DNA from: Auanema rhodensis
Taxonomy: Eukaryota; Animalia; Nematoda
Length of the DNA: 64,000 bases
Reading direction: 5' to 3'
Assembly (NCBI GenBank): GCA_964057225.1
Contig: OZ059895.1
Span: forward strand, 22,940,001 to 23,004,000
Both the position numbers and the translations under genes were made by a program. The notes below the pieces were generated by a model. It was not told the DNA's origin, made no database searches, and saw nothing but the letters and a program-made list of their open reading frames with translations. Of the stretch, positions 1 through 14,149 are shown piece after piece (positions within the stretch are counted from its first letter, which is position 1; each line of letters begins with the position of its first letter).

Positions 1-6
1 GCTTCC

Positions 7-90
7 AAAAACATTTTGACAAAAATTTTTTCGAAAAATTTCAAAATAATTTAGCAAAAAGTAGATGTTTTTAGATTCCTTTTTTCAAGG
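7..90. other. A/T-tract-rich segment with short dyads within each monomer (monomer 1)
   Basis: A5 (7), T4 (14), A5T6 (21), A5T3 (34), A4 (43), A5 (56), T5 (68), T6 (80). Dyads TTTTG-A-CAAAA (14-24) and TTTTTCGAAAAA (27-38). Confidence 0.8.
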
Positions 91-149
91 CAAAGACGAT
101 GGACAATGTTATTCAACGAAAAAATTATTCCTTCAGGGTGAAAATCGAG

Positions 150-171
150 GATATAAGTGTGAACTTATATC
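150..171. repeat. Perfect 9-bp inverted repeat with 4-nt loop within each monomer (monomer 1)
   Basis: GATATAAGT-GTGA-ACTTATATC; it overlaps a competing dyad ATATCA-GT-TGATAT (167-180). Confidence 0.92.
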
Positions 172-181
172 AGTTGATATC

Positions 182-248
182 TCGGTGCATTTTTAAGCTA
201 GCGCAAATCTGATAACACAGATCGACGCAGCTTAAAAATCCGCATCGA
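182..248. repeat. Long interrupted inverted repeat within each monomer (coordinates for monomer 1)
   Basis: ATTTTTAAGCT (189-199) and AGCTTAAAAAT (229-239) form a perfect 11-bp pair. Inside are GCG/CGC and ATCTG (207-211)/CAGAT (218-222) around the loop ATAACA. Outside, TCGGTGC (182-188) pairs with GCATCGA (242-248) with one G-T pair and a 2-nt bulge. Confidence 0.92.
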
Positions 249-323
249 ATGCACTATACTACATTGAGAAACGCTTAATACAAAAATTAGTTATGATCGT
301 TTGAAAAATGATGCATTAGTGTA

Positions 324-349
324 TGTTGAGTTTCCATGTACACTCAACA
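324..349. repeat. 8-bp (9-bp in the T350 variant) inverted repeat within each monomer (monomer 1)
   Basis: TGTTGAGT-TTCCATGTAC-ACTCAACA. The common variant CAACATTGC extends it to ATGTTGAGT/ACTCAACAT. Confidence 0.9.
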
Positions 350-3300
350 ATGCTTCCAAAAACATTTTGACAAAAATTTTTTCGAAAAATTTCAAAATAA
401 TTTAGCAAAAAGTAGATGTTTTTAGATTCCTTTTTTCCAGGCAAAGACGATGGACAATGTTATTCAACGAAAAAATTATTCCTTCAGGGTGAAAATCGAG
501 GATATAAGTGTGAACTTATATCAGTTGATATCTCGGTGCATTTTTAAGCTAGCGCAAATCTGATAACACAGATCGACGCAGCTTAAAAATCCGCATCGAA
601 TGCACTATACTACATTGAGAAACGCTTAATACAAAAATTAGTTATGATCGTTTGAAAAATGATGCATTAGTGTATGTTGAGTTTCCATGTACACTCAACA
701 ATGCTTCCAAAAACATTTTGACAAAAATTTTTTGGAAAAATTTCAAAATAATTTAGCAAAAAGTAGATGTTTTTAGATTCCTTTTTTCATGGCAAAGACG
801 ATGGACAATGTTATTCAACGAAAAAATTAATTCTTCAGGGTGAAAATCGAGGATATAAGTGTGAACTTATATCAGTTGATATCTCGGTGCATTTTTAAGC
901 TAGCGCAAATCTGATAACACAGATCGACGCAGCTTAAACATCCGCATCGAATGCACTATACTACATTGAGAAACGCTTAATACAAAAAATAGTTATGATC
1001 GTTTGAAAAATGATGCATTAGTGTATGTTGAGTTTCCATGTACACTCAACAATGCTTCCAAAAACATTTTGACAAAAATTTTTTCGAAAAATTTCAAAAT
1101 AATTTAGCAAAAAGTAGATGTTTTTAGATTCCTTTTTTCAAGGCAAAAACGATGGACAATGTTATTCAACGAAAAAATTATTCCTTCAGGGTGAAAATCG
1201 AGGATATAAGTGTGAACTTATATCAGTTGATATCTCGGTGCATTTTTAAGCTAGCGCAAATCTGATAACACAGATCGACGCAGCTTAAAAATCCGCATCG
1301 AATGCACTATACTACATTGAGAAACGCTTAATACAAAAATTAGTTATGATCGTTTGAAAAATGATGCATTAGTGTATGTTGAGTTTCCATGTACACTCAA
1401 CAATGCTTCCAAAAACATTTTGACAAAAATTTTTTCGAAAAATTTCAAAATAATTTAGCAAAAAGTAGATGTTTTTAGATTCCTTTTTTCAAGGCAAAGA
1501 CGATGGACAATGTTATTCAACGAAAAAATTAATTCTTCAGGGTGAAAATCGAGGATATAAGTGTGAACTTATATCAGTTGATATCTCGGTGCATTTTTAA
1601 GCTAGCGCAAATCTGATAACACAGATCGACGCAGCTTAAAAATCCGCATCGAATGCACTACACTACATTGAGAAACGCTTGATACAAAAGTTAGTTATGA
1701 TCGTTTGAAAAATGATGCATTAGTGTATGTTGAGTTTCCATGTACACTCAACATTGCTTCCAAAAACATTTTGACAAAAATTTTTTCGAAAAATTTCAAA
1801 ATAATTTAGCAAAAAGTAGATGTTTTTAGATTCCATTTTTCAAGGCAAAGACGATGGACAATGTTATTCAACGAAAAAATTATTCCTTCAGGGTGAAAAT
1901 CGAGGATATAAGTGTGAACTTATATCAGTTGATATCGCGGTGCATTTTTAAGCTAGCGCAAATCTGATAACACAGATCGACGCAGCTTAAAAATCCGCAT
2001 CGAATGCACTAAACTACATTGAGAAACGCTTGATACAAAAATTAGTTATGATCGTTTGAAAAATGATGCATTAGTGTATGTTGAGTTTCCATGTACACTC
2101 AACAATGCTTCCAAAAACATTTTGACAAAAATTTTTTCGAAAAATTTCAAAATAATTTAGCAAAAAGTAGATGTTTTTAGATTCCATTTTTCAAGGCAAA
2201 GACGATGGACAATGTTATTCAACGAAAAAATTATTCCTTCAGGGTGAAAATCGAGGATATAAGTGTGAACTTATATCAGTTGATATCTCGGTGCATTTAT
2301 AAACTAGCGCAAATCTGATAACACAGATCGACGCAGCTTAAAAATCCGCATCGAATGCACTATACTACATTGAGAAACGCTTAATACAAAAATTAGTTAT
2401 GATCGTTTGAAAAATGATGCATTAGTGTATGTTGAGTTTCCATGTACACTCAACAATGCTTCCAAAAACATTTTGACAAAAATTTTTTCGAAAAATTTCA
2501 AAATAATTTAGCAAAAAGTAGATGTTTTTAGATTCCATTTTTCAAGGCAAAGACGATGGACAATGTTATTCAACGAAAAAATTATTCCTTCAGGGTGAAA
2601 ATCGAGGATATAAGTGTGAACTTATATCAGTTGATATCTCGGTGCATTTTTAAGCTAGCGCAAATCTGATAACACAGATCGACGCAGCTTAAAAATCCGC
2701 ATCGAATGCACTAAACTACATTGAGAAACGCTTAATACAAAAATTAGTTATGATCCTTTGAAAAATGATGCATTAGTGTATGTTGAGTTTCCATGTACAC
2801 TCAACATTGCTTCCAAAAACATTTTGACAAAAATTTTTTCGAAACATTTCAGAATAATTTAGCAAAAAGTAGATGTTTTTAGATTCCATTTTTCAAGGCA
2901 AAGACGATGGACAATGTTATTCAACGAAAAAATTAATTCTTCAGGGTGAAAATCAAGGATATAAGTGTGAACTTATATCAGTTGATATCTCGGTGCATTT
3001 TTAAGCTAGCGCAAATCTGATAACACAGATCGACGCAGCTTTAAAATCCGCATCGAATGCACTATACTTCATTGAGAAACGCTTAATACAAAAATTAGTT
3101 ATGATCCCTTGAAAAATGATGCATTAGTGTATGTTGAGTTTCCATGTACACTCAACATTGCTTCCAAAAACATTTTGACAAAAATTTTTTCGAAACATTT
3201 CAGAATAATTTAGCAAAAAGTAGATGTTTTTAGATTCCATTTTTCAAGGCAAAGACGATGGACAATGTTATTCAACGAAAAAATTAATTCTTCAGGGTGA

Positions 3301-6300
3301 AAATCAAGGATATAAGTGTGAACTTATATCAGTTGATATCTCGGTGCATTTTTAAGCTAGCGCAAATCTGATAACACAGATCGACGCAGCTTAAAAATCC
3401 GCATCGAATGCACTATACTTCATTGAGAAACGCTTAATACAAAAATTAGTTATGATCCCTTGAAAAATGATGCATTAGTGTATGTTGAGTTTCCATGTAC
3501 ACTCAACAATGCTTCCAAAAACATTTTGACAAAAATTTTTTCGAAAAATTTCAAAATAATTTAGCAAAAAGTAGATGTTTTTAGATTCCATTTTTCAAGG
3601 CAAAGACGATGGACAATGTTATTCAACGAAAAAATTATTCCTTCAGGGTGAAAATCGAGGATATAAGTGTGAACTTATATCAGTTGATATCGCGGTGCAT
3701 TTTTAAGCTAGCGCAAATCTGATAACACAGATCGACGCAGCTTAAAAATCCGAATCGAATGCACTATACTACATTGAGAAACGCTTAATACAAAAATAAG
3801 TTATGATCGTTTGAAAAATGATGCATTAGTGTATGTTGAGTTTCCATGTACACTCAACAATGCTTCCAAAAACATTTTGACAAAAATTTTTTCGAAAAAT
3901 TTCAAAATAATTTAGCAAAAAGTAGATGTTTTTAGATTCCTTTTTTCATGGCAAAGACGATGGACAATGTAATTCAACGAAAAAATTAATTCTTCAGGGT
4001 GAAAATCGAGGATATAAGTGTGAACTTATATCAGTTGATATCTCGGTGCATTTTTAAACTAGCGCAAATCTGATAACACAGATCGACGTAGCTTAAAAAT
4101 CCGCATCGAATGCACTATACTACATTGAGAAACGCTTAATACAAAAATTAGTTATGATCCCTTGAAAAATGATGCATTAGTGTATGTTGAGTTTCCATGT
4201 ACACTCAACAATGCTTCCAAAAACATTTTGACAAAAATTTTTTCGAAAAATTTCAAAATAATTTAGCAAAAAGTAGATGTTTTTAGATTCCATTTTTCAA
4301 GGCAAAGACGATGGACAATGTTATTCAACGAAAAAATTATTCCTTCAGGGTGAAAATCGAGGATATAAGTGTGAACTTATATCAGTTGATATCTCGGTGC
4401 ATTTTTAAGCTAGCGCAAATCTGATAACACAGATCGACGCAGCTTAAAAATCCGCATCGAATGCACTAAACTACATTGAGAAACGCTTGATACAAAAATT
4501 AGTTATGATCGTTTGAAAAATGATGCATTAGTGTATGTTGAGTTTCCATGTACACTCAACATTGCTTCCAAAAACATTTTGACAAAAATTTTTTCGAAAC
4601 ATTTCAGAATAATTTAGCAAAAAGTAGATGTTTTTAGATTCCATTTTTCAAGGCAAAGACGATGGACAATGTTATTCAACGAAAAAATTAATTCTTCAGG
4701 GTGAAAATCAAGGATATAAGTGTGAACTTATATCAGTTGATATCTCGGTGCATTTTTAAGCTAGCGCAAATCTGATAACACAGATCGACGCAGCTTAAAA
4801 ATCCGCATCGAATGCACTAAACTACATTGAGAAACGCTTGATACAAAAATTAGTTATGATCGTTTGAAAAATGATGCATTAGTGTATATTGAGTTTCCAT
4901 GTACACTCAACATTGCTTCCAAAAACATTTTGACAAAAATTTTTTCGAAAAATTTCAAAATAATTTAGCAAAAAGTAGATGTTTTTAGATTCCATTTTTC
5001 AAGGCAAAGACGATGGACAATGTAATTCAACGAAAAAATTATTCCTTCAGGGTGAAAATCGAGGATATAAGTGTGAACTTATATCAGTTGATATCGCGGT
5101 GCATTTTTAAGCTAGCGCAAATCTGATAACACAGATCGACGCAGCTTAAAAATCCGCATCGAATGCACTATACTACATTGAGAAACGCTTAATACAAAAA
5201 TTAGTTATGATCGTTTGAAAAATGATGCATTAGTGTATGTTGAGTTTCCATGTACACTCAACAATGCTTCCAAAAACATTTTGACAAAAATTTTTTGGAA
5301 AAATTTCAAAATAATTTAGCAAAAAGTAGATGTTTTTAGATTCCTTTTTTCCAGGCAAAGACGATGGACAATGTTATTCAACGAAAAAATTATTCCTTCA
5401 GGGTGAAAATCGAGGATATAAGTGTGAACTTATATCAGTTGATATCTCGGTGCATTTTTAAGCTAGCGCAAATCTGATAACACAGATCGACGCAGCTTAA
5501 AAATCCGCATCGAATGCACTAAACTACATTGAGAAACGCTTGATACAAAAATTAGTTATGATCGTTTGAAAAATGATGCATTAGTGTATGTTGAGTTTCC
5601 ATGTACACTCCACAATGCTTCCAAAAACATTTTGACAAAAATTTTTTCGAAAAATTTCAAAATAATTTAGCAAAAAGTAGATGTTTTTAGATTCCATTTT
5701 TCAAGGCAAAGACGATGGACAATGTAATTCAACAAAAAAATTATTCCTTCAGGGTGAAAATCGAGGATATAAGTGTGAACTTATATCAGTTGATATCGCG
5801 GTGCATTTTTAAGCTAGCGCAAATCTGATAACACAGATCGACGCAGCTTAAAAATCCGCATCGAATGCACTAAACTACATTGAGAAACGCTTGATACAAA
5901 AATTAGTTATGATCGTTTGAAAAATGATGCATTAGTGTATGTTGAGTTTCCATGTACACTCAACATTGCTTCCAAAAACATTTTGACAAAAATTTTTTCG
6001 AAACATTTCAGAATAATTTAGCAAAAAGTAGATGTTTTTAGATTCCATTTTTCAAGGCAAAGACGATGGACAATGTTATTCAACGAAAAAATTAATTCTT
6101 CAGGGTGAAAATCAAGGATATAAGTGTGAACTTATATCAGTTGATATCTCGGTGCATTTTTAAGCTAGCGCAAAACTGATAACACAGATCGACGCAGCTT
6201 AAAAATCCGCATCGAATGCACTAAACTACATTGAGAAACGCTTGATACAAAAATTAGTTATGATCGTTTGAAAAATGATGCATTAGTGTATATTGAGTTT

Positions 6301-9300
6301 CCATGTACACTCAACATTGCTTCCAAAAACATTTTGACAAAAATTTTTTCGAAAAATTTCAAAATAATTTAGCAAAAAGTAGATGTTTTTAGATTCCATT
6401 TTTCAAGGCAAAGACGATGGACAATGTAATTCAACGAAAAAATTATTCCTTCAGGGTGAAAATCGAGGATATAAGTGTGAACTTATATCAGTTGATATCG
6501 CGGTGCATTTTTAAGCTAGCGCAAATCTGATAACACAGATCGACGCAGCTTAAAAATCCGCATCGAATGCACTATACTACATTGAGAAACGCTTAATACA
6601 AAAATTAGTTATGATCGTTTGAAAAATGATGCATTAGTGTATGTTGAGTTTCCATGTACACTCAACAATGCTTCCAAAAACATTTTGACAAAAATTTTTT
6701 GGAAAAATTTCAAAATAATTTAGCAAAAAGTAGATGTTTTTAGATTCCTTTTTTCATGGCAAAGACGATGGACAATGTTATTCAACGAAAAATTTAATTC
6801 TTCAGGGTGAAAATCGAGGATATAAGTGTGAACTTATATCAGTTGATATCTCGGTGCATTTTTAAGCTAGCGCAAATCTGATAACACAGATCGACGCAGC
6901 TTAAAAATCCGCATCGAATGCACTATACTACATTGAGAAACGCTTAATACAAAAATTAGTTATGATCGTTTGAAAAATGATGCATTAGTGTATGTTGAGT
7001 TTCCATGTACACTCAACAATGCTTCCAAAAACATTTTGACAAAAATTTTTTCGAAAAATTTCAAAATAATTTAGCAAAAAGTAGATGTTTTTAGATTCCT
7101 TTTTTCAAGGCAAAGACGATGGACAATGTTATTCAACGAAAAAATTAATTCTTCAGGGTGAAAATCGAGGATATAAGTGTGAACTTATATCAGTTGATAT
7201 CTCGGTGCATTTTTAAGCTAGCGCAAATCTGATAACACAGATCGACGCAGCTTAAAAATCCGCATCGAATGCACTATACTTCATTGAGAAACGCTTAATA
7301 CAAAAATTAGTTATGATCCCTTGAAAAATGATGCATTAGTGTATGTTGAGTTTCCATGTACACTCAACAATGCTTCCAAAAACATTTTGACAAAAATTTT
7401 TTCGAAAAATTTCAAAATAATTTAGCAAAAAGTAGATGTTTTTAGATTCCATTTTTCAAGGCAAAGACGATGGACAATGTTATTCAACGAAAAAATTATT
7501 CCTTCAGGGTGAAAATCGAGGATATAAGTGTGAACTTATATCAGTTGATATCGCGGTGCATTTTTAAGCTAGCGCAAATCTGATAACACAGATCGACGCA
7601 GCTTAAAAATCCGCATCGAATGCACTATACTTCATTGAGAAACGCTTAATACAAAAATTAGTTATGATCCCTTGAAAAATGATGCATTAGTGTATGTTGA
7701 GTTTCCATGTACACTCAACAATGCTTCCAAAAACATTTTGACAAAAATTTTTTCGAAAAATTTCAATATAATTTAGCAAAAAGTAGATGTTTTTAGATTC
7801 CTTTTTTCATGGCAAAGACGATGGACAATGTTATTCAACGAAAAAATTAATTCTTCAGGGTGAAAATCGAGGATATAAGTGTGAACTTATATCAGTTGAT
7901 ATCGCGGTGCATTTTTAAGCTAGCGCAAATCTGATAACACAGATCGACGCAGCTTAAAAATCCGCATCGAATGCACTATACTACATTGAGAAACGCTTAA
8001 TACAAAAATTAGTTATGATCGTTTGAAAAATGATGCATTAGTGTATGTTGAGTTTCCATGTACACTCAACAATGCTTCCAAAAACATTTTGACAAAAATT
8101 TTTTCGAAAAATTTCAATATAATTTAGCAAAAAGTAGATGTTTTTAGATTCCTTTTTTCATGGCAAAGACGATGGACAATGTTATTCAACGAAAAAATTA
8201 ATTCTTCAGGGTGAAAATCGAGGATATAAGTGTGAACTTATATCAGTTGATATCTCGGTGCATTTTTAAGCTAGCGCAAATCTGATAACACAGATCGACG
8301 CAGCTTAAAAATCCGCATCGAATGCACTAAACTACATTGAGAAACGCTTGATACAGAAATTAGTTATGATCGTTTGAAAAATGATGCATTAGTGTATGTT
8401 GAGTTTCCATGTACACTCAACATTGCTTCCAAAAACATTTTGACAAAAATTTTTTCGAAAAATTTCAAAATAATTTAGCAAAAAGTAGATGTTTTTAGAT
8501 TCCTTTTTTCAAGGCAAAGACGATGGACAATGTTATTCAACGAAAAAATTATTTCTTCAGGGTTAAAATCGAGGATATAAGTGTGAACTTATATCAGTTG
8601 ATATCTCGGTGCATTTTTAAGCTAGCGCAAATCTGATAACACAGATCGACGCAGCTTAAAAATCCGCATCGAATGCACTATACTACATTGAGAAACGCTT
8701 AATACAAAAATTAGTTATGATCGTTTGAAAAATGATGCATTAGTGTATGTTGAGTTTCCATGTACACTCAACATTGCTTCCAAAAACATTTTGACAAAAA
8801 TTTTTTCGAAAAATTTCAGAATAATTTAGCAAAAAGTAGATGTTTTTAGATTCCTTTTTTCAAGGCAAAGACGATGGACAATGTTATTCAACGAAAAAAT
8901 TATTCCTTCAGGGTGAAAATCGAGGATATAAGTGTGAACTTATATCAGTTGATATCTCGGTGCATTTTTAAGCTAGCGCAAATCTGATAACACAGATCGA
9001 CGCAGCTTAAAAATCCGCATCGAATGCACTATACTACATTGAGAAACGCTTAATACAAAAATTAGTTATGATCGTTTGAAAAATTATGCATTAGTGTATG
9101 TTGAGTTTCCATGTACACTCAACATTGCTTCCAAAAACATTTTGACAAAAATTTTTTCGAAAAATTTCAAAATAATTTAGCAAAAAGTAGATGTTTTTGG
9201 ATTCCTTTTTTCAAGGCAAAGACGATGGACATTGTTATTCAACGAAAAAATTAATTCTTCAGGGTGAAAATCGAGGATATAAGTGTGAACTTATATCAGT

Positions 9301-12300
9301 TGATATCTCGGTGCATTTTTAAGCTAGCGCAAATCTGATAACACAGATCGACGCAGCTTAAAAATCCGCATCGAATGCACTATACTACATTGAGAAACGC
9401 TTAATACAAAAATTAGTTATGATCGTTTGAAAAATGATGCATTAGTGTATGTTGAGTTTCCATGTACACTCAACAATGCTTCCAAAAACATTTTGACAAA
9501 AATTTTTTCGAAAAATTTCAAAATAATTTAGCAAAAAGTAGATGTTTTTAGATTCCATTTTTCAAGGCAAAGACGATGGACAATGTTATACAACGAAAAA
9601 ATTATTCCTTCAGGGTGAAAATCGAGGATATAAGTGTGAACTTATATCAGTTGATATCTCGGTGCATTTTTAAGCTAGCGCAAATCTGATAACACAGATC
9701 GACGCAGCTTAAAAATCCGCATCGAATGCACTAAACTACATTGAGAAACGCTTAATACAAAAATTAGTTATGATCGTTTGAAAAATGATGCATTAGTGTA
9801 TGTTGAGTTTCCATGTACACTCAACAATGCTTCCAAAAACATTTTGACAAAAATTTTTTGGAAAAATTTCAAAATAATTTAGCAAAAAGTAGATGTTTTT
9901 AGATTCCTTTTTTCATGGCAAAGACGATGGACAATGTTATTCAACGAAAAATTTAATTCTTCAGGGTGAAAATCGAGGATATAAGTGTGAACTTATATCA
10001 GTTGATATCTCGGTGCATTTTTAAGCTAGCGCAAATCTGATAACACAGATCGACGCAGCTTAAAAATCCGCATCGAATGCACTATACTACATTGAGAAAC
10101 GCTTAATACAAAAATTAGTTATGATCGTTTGAAAAATGATGCATTAGTGTATGTTGAGTTTCCATGTACACTCAACAATGCTTCCAAAAACATTTTGACA
10201 AAAATTTTTTCGAAAAATTTCAAAATAATTTAGCAAAAAGTAGATGTTTTTAGATTCCTTTTTTCAAGGCAAAGACGATGGACAATGTTATTCAACGAAA
10301 AAATTAATTCTTCAGGGTGAAAATCGAGGATATAAGTGTGAACTTATATCAGTTGATATCTCGGTGCATTTTTAAGCTAGCGCAAATCTGATAACACAGA
10401 TCGACGCAGCTTAAAAATCCGCATCGAATGCACTATACTTCATTGAGAAACGCTTAATACAAAAATTAGTTATGATCCCTTGAAAAATGATGCATTAGTG
10501 TATGTTGAGTTTCCATGTACACTCAACAATGCTTCCAAAAACATTTTGACAAAAATTTTTTCGAAAAATTTCAAAATAATTTAGCAAAAAGTAGATGTTT
10601 TTAGATTCCATTTTTCAAGGCAAAGACGATGGACAATGTTATTCAACGAAAAAATTATTCCTTCAGGGTGAAAATCGAGGATATAAGTGTGAACTTATAT
10701 CAGTTGATATCGCGGTGCATTTTTAAGCTAGCGCAAATCTGATAACACAGATCGACGCAGCTTAAAAATCCGCATCGAATGCACTATACTACATTGAGAA
10801 ACGCTTAATACAAAAATTAGTTATGATCGTTTGAAAAATGATGCATTAGTGTATGTTGAGTTTCCATGTACACTCAACAATGCTTCCAAAAACATTTTGA
10901 CAAAAATTTTTTCGAAAAATTTCAATATAATTTAGCAAAAAGTAGATGTTTTTAGATTCCTTTTTTCATGGCAAAGACGATGGACAATGTTATTCAACGA
11001 AAAAATTAATTCTTCAGGGTGAAAATCGAGGATATAAGTGTGAACTTATATCAGTTGATATCTCGGTGCATTTTTAAGCTAGCGCAAATCTGATAACACA
11101 GATCGACGCAGCTTAAAAATCCGCATCGAATGCACTATACTACATTGAGAAACGCTTAATACAAAAATTAGTTATGATCGTTTGAAAAATGATGCATTAG
11201 TGTATGTTGAGTTTCCATGTACACTCAACAATGCTTCCAAAAACATTTTGACAAAAATTTTTTCGAAAAATTTCAAAATAATTTAGCAAAAAGTAGATGT
11301 TTTTAGATTCCATTTTTCAAGGCAAAGACGATGGACAATGTTATACAACGAAAAAATCATTCCTTCAGGGTGAAAATCGAGGATATAAGTGTGAACTTAT
11401 ATCAGTTGATATCTCGGTGCATTTTTAAGCTAGCGCAAATCTGATAACACAGATCGACGCAGCTTAAAAATCCGCATCGAATGCACTAAACTACATTGAG
11501 AAACGCTTGATACAAAAATTAGTTATGATCGTTTGAAAAATGATGCATTAGTGTATGTTGAGTTTCCATGTACACTCAACATTGCTTCCAAAAACATTTT
11601 GACAAAAATTTTTTCGAAAAATTTCAAAATAATTTAGCAAAAAGTAGATGTTTTTAGATTCCTTTTTTCAAGGCAAAGACGATGGACAATGTTATTCAAC
11701 GAAAAAATTATTCCTTCAGGGTGAAAATCGAGGATATAAGTGTGAACTTATATCAGTTGATATCTCGGTGCATTTTTAAGCTAGCGCAAATCTGATAACA
11801 CAGATCGACACAGCTTAAAAATCCGCATCGAATGCACTATACTACATTGAGAAACGCTTAATACAAAAATTAGTTATGATCGTTTGAAAAATGATGCATT
11901 AGTGTATGTTGAGTTTCCATGTACACTCAACATTGCTTCCAAAAACATTTTGACAAAAATTTTTTCGAAAAATTTCAGAATAATTTAGCAAAAAGTAGAT
12001 GTTTTTAGATTCCTTTTTTCAAGGCAAAGACGATGGACAATGTTATTCAACGAAAAAATTATTCCTTCAGGGTGAAAATCGAGGATATAAGTGTGAACTT
12101 ATATCAGTTGATATCTCGGTGCATTTTTAAGCTAGCGCAAATCTGATAACACAGATCGACGCAGCTTAAAAATCCGCATCGAATGCACTATACTACATTG
12201 AGAAACGCTTAATACTAAAATTAGTTATGATCGTTTGAAAAATGATGCATTAGTGTATGTTGAGTTTCCATGTACACTCAACAATGCTTCCAAAAACATT

Positions 12301-14149
12301 TTGACAAAAATTTTTTCGAAAAATTTCAAAATAATTTAGCAAAAAGTAGATGTTTTTAGATTCCATTTTTCAAGGCAAAGACGATGGACAATGTTATACA
12401 ACGAAAAAATTATTCCTTCAGGGTGAAAATCGAGGATATAAGTGTGAACTTATATCAGTTGATGTCTCGGTGCATTTTTAAGCTAGCGCAAATCTGATAA
12501 CACAGATCGACGCAGCTTAAAAATCCGCATCGAATGCACTAAACTACATTGAGAAACGCTTGATACAAAAATTAGTTATGATCGTTTGAAAAATGATGCA
12601 TTAGTGTATGTTGAGTTTCCATGTACACTCAACATTGCTTCCAAAAACATTTTGACAAAAATTTTTTCGAAAAATTTCAAAATAATTTAGCAAAAAGTAG
12701 ATGTTTTTAGATTCCTTTTTTCAAGGCAAAGACGATGGACAATGTTATTCAACGAAAAAATTATTCCTTCAGGGTGAAAATCGAGGATATAAGTGTGAAC
12801 TTATATCAGTTGATATCTCGGTGCATTTTTAAGCTAGCGCAAATCTGATAACACAGATCGACGCAGCTTAAAAATCCGCATCGAATGCACTATACTACAT
12901 TGAGAAACGCTTAATACAAAAATTAGTTATGATCGTTTGAAAAATGATGCATTAGTGTATGTTGAGTTTCCATGTACACTCAACAATGCTTCCAAAAACA
13001 TTTTGACAAAAATTTTTTCGAAAAATTTCAAAATAATTTAGCAAAAAGTAGATGTTTTTAGATTCCTTTTTCCAAGGCAAAGACGATGGACAATGTTATT
13101 CAACGAAAAAATTATTCCTTCAGGGTGAAAATCGAGGATATAAGTGTGAACTTATATCAGTTGATATCTCGGTGCATTTTTAAGCTAGCGCAAATCTGAT
13201 AACACAGATCGACGCAGCTTAAAAATCCGCATCGAATGCACTATACTACATTGAGAAACGCTTAATACAAAAATTAGTTATGATCGTTTGAAAAATGATG
13301 CATTAGTGTATGTTGAGTTTCCATGTACACTCAACAATGCTTCCAAAAACATTTTGACAAAAATTTTTTCGAAAAATTTCAAAATAATTTAGCAAAAAGT
13401 AGATGTTTTTAGATTCCTTTTTTCAAGGCAAAGACGATGGACAATGTTATTCAACGAAAAAATTATTCCTTCAGGGTGAAAATCGAGGATATAAGTGTGA
13501 ATTTATATCAGTTGATATCTCGGTGCATTTTTAAGCTAGCGCAAATCTGATAACACAGATCGACGCAGCTTAAAAATCCGCATCGAATGCACTAAACTAC
13601 ATTGAGAAACGCTTGATACAAAAATTAGTTATGATCGTTTGAAAAATGATGCATTAGTGTATGTTGAGTTTCCATGTACACTCAACATTGCTTCCAAAAA
13701 CATTTTGACAAAAATTTTTTCGAAAAATTTCAAAATAATTTAGCAAAAAGTAGATGTTTTTAGATTCCTTTTTTCAAGGCAAAGACGATGGACAATGTTA
13801 TTCAACGAAAAAATTATTCCTTCAGGGTGAAAATCGAGGATATAAGTGTGAACTTATATCAGTTGATATCTCGGTGCATTTTTAAGCTAGCGCAAATCTG
13901 ATAACACAGATCGACGCAGCTTAAAAATCCGCATCGAATGCACTATACTACATTGAGAAACGCTTAATACAAAAATTAGTTATGATCGTTTGAAAAATGA
14001 TGCATTAGTGTATGTTGAGTTTCCATGTACACTCAACATTGCTTCCAAAAACATTTTGACAAAAATTTTTTCGAAAAATTTCAAAATAATTTAGCAAAAA
14101 GTAGATGTTTTTAGATTCCTTTTTTCAAGGCGAAGACGATGGACAATGT

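Noticed and set aside
1-351. Monomer as a diverged dimer of ~175-bp subunits
   Set aside because: I see no alignable similarity between the halves beyond short A-tract words (ACAAAAATT, GAAAAAT). A self dot plot could still reveal weak ancient subrepeats.
1-351. 5S rRNA, tRNA, snRNA or SINE tandem unit, or assignment to a named satellite family
   Set aside because: There are no recognisable Pol III A/B/C boxes or conserved RNA motifs. Length and AT content resemble ~350-360-bp insect satellites, but I cannot confirm sequence identity to any named family without a search.
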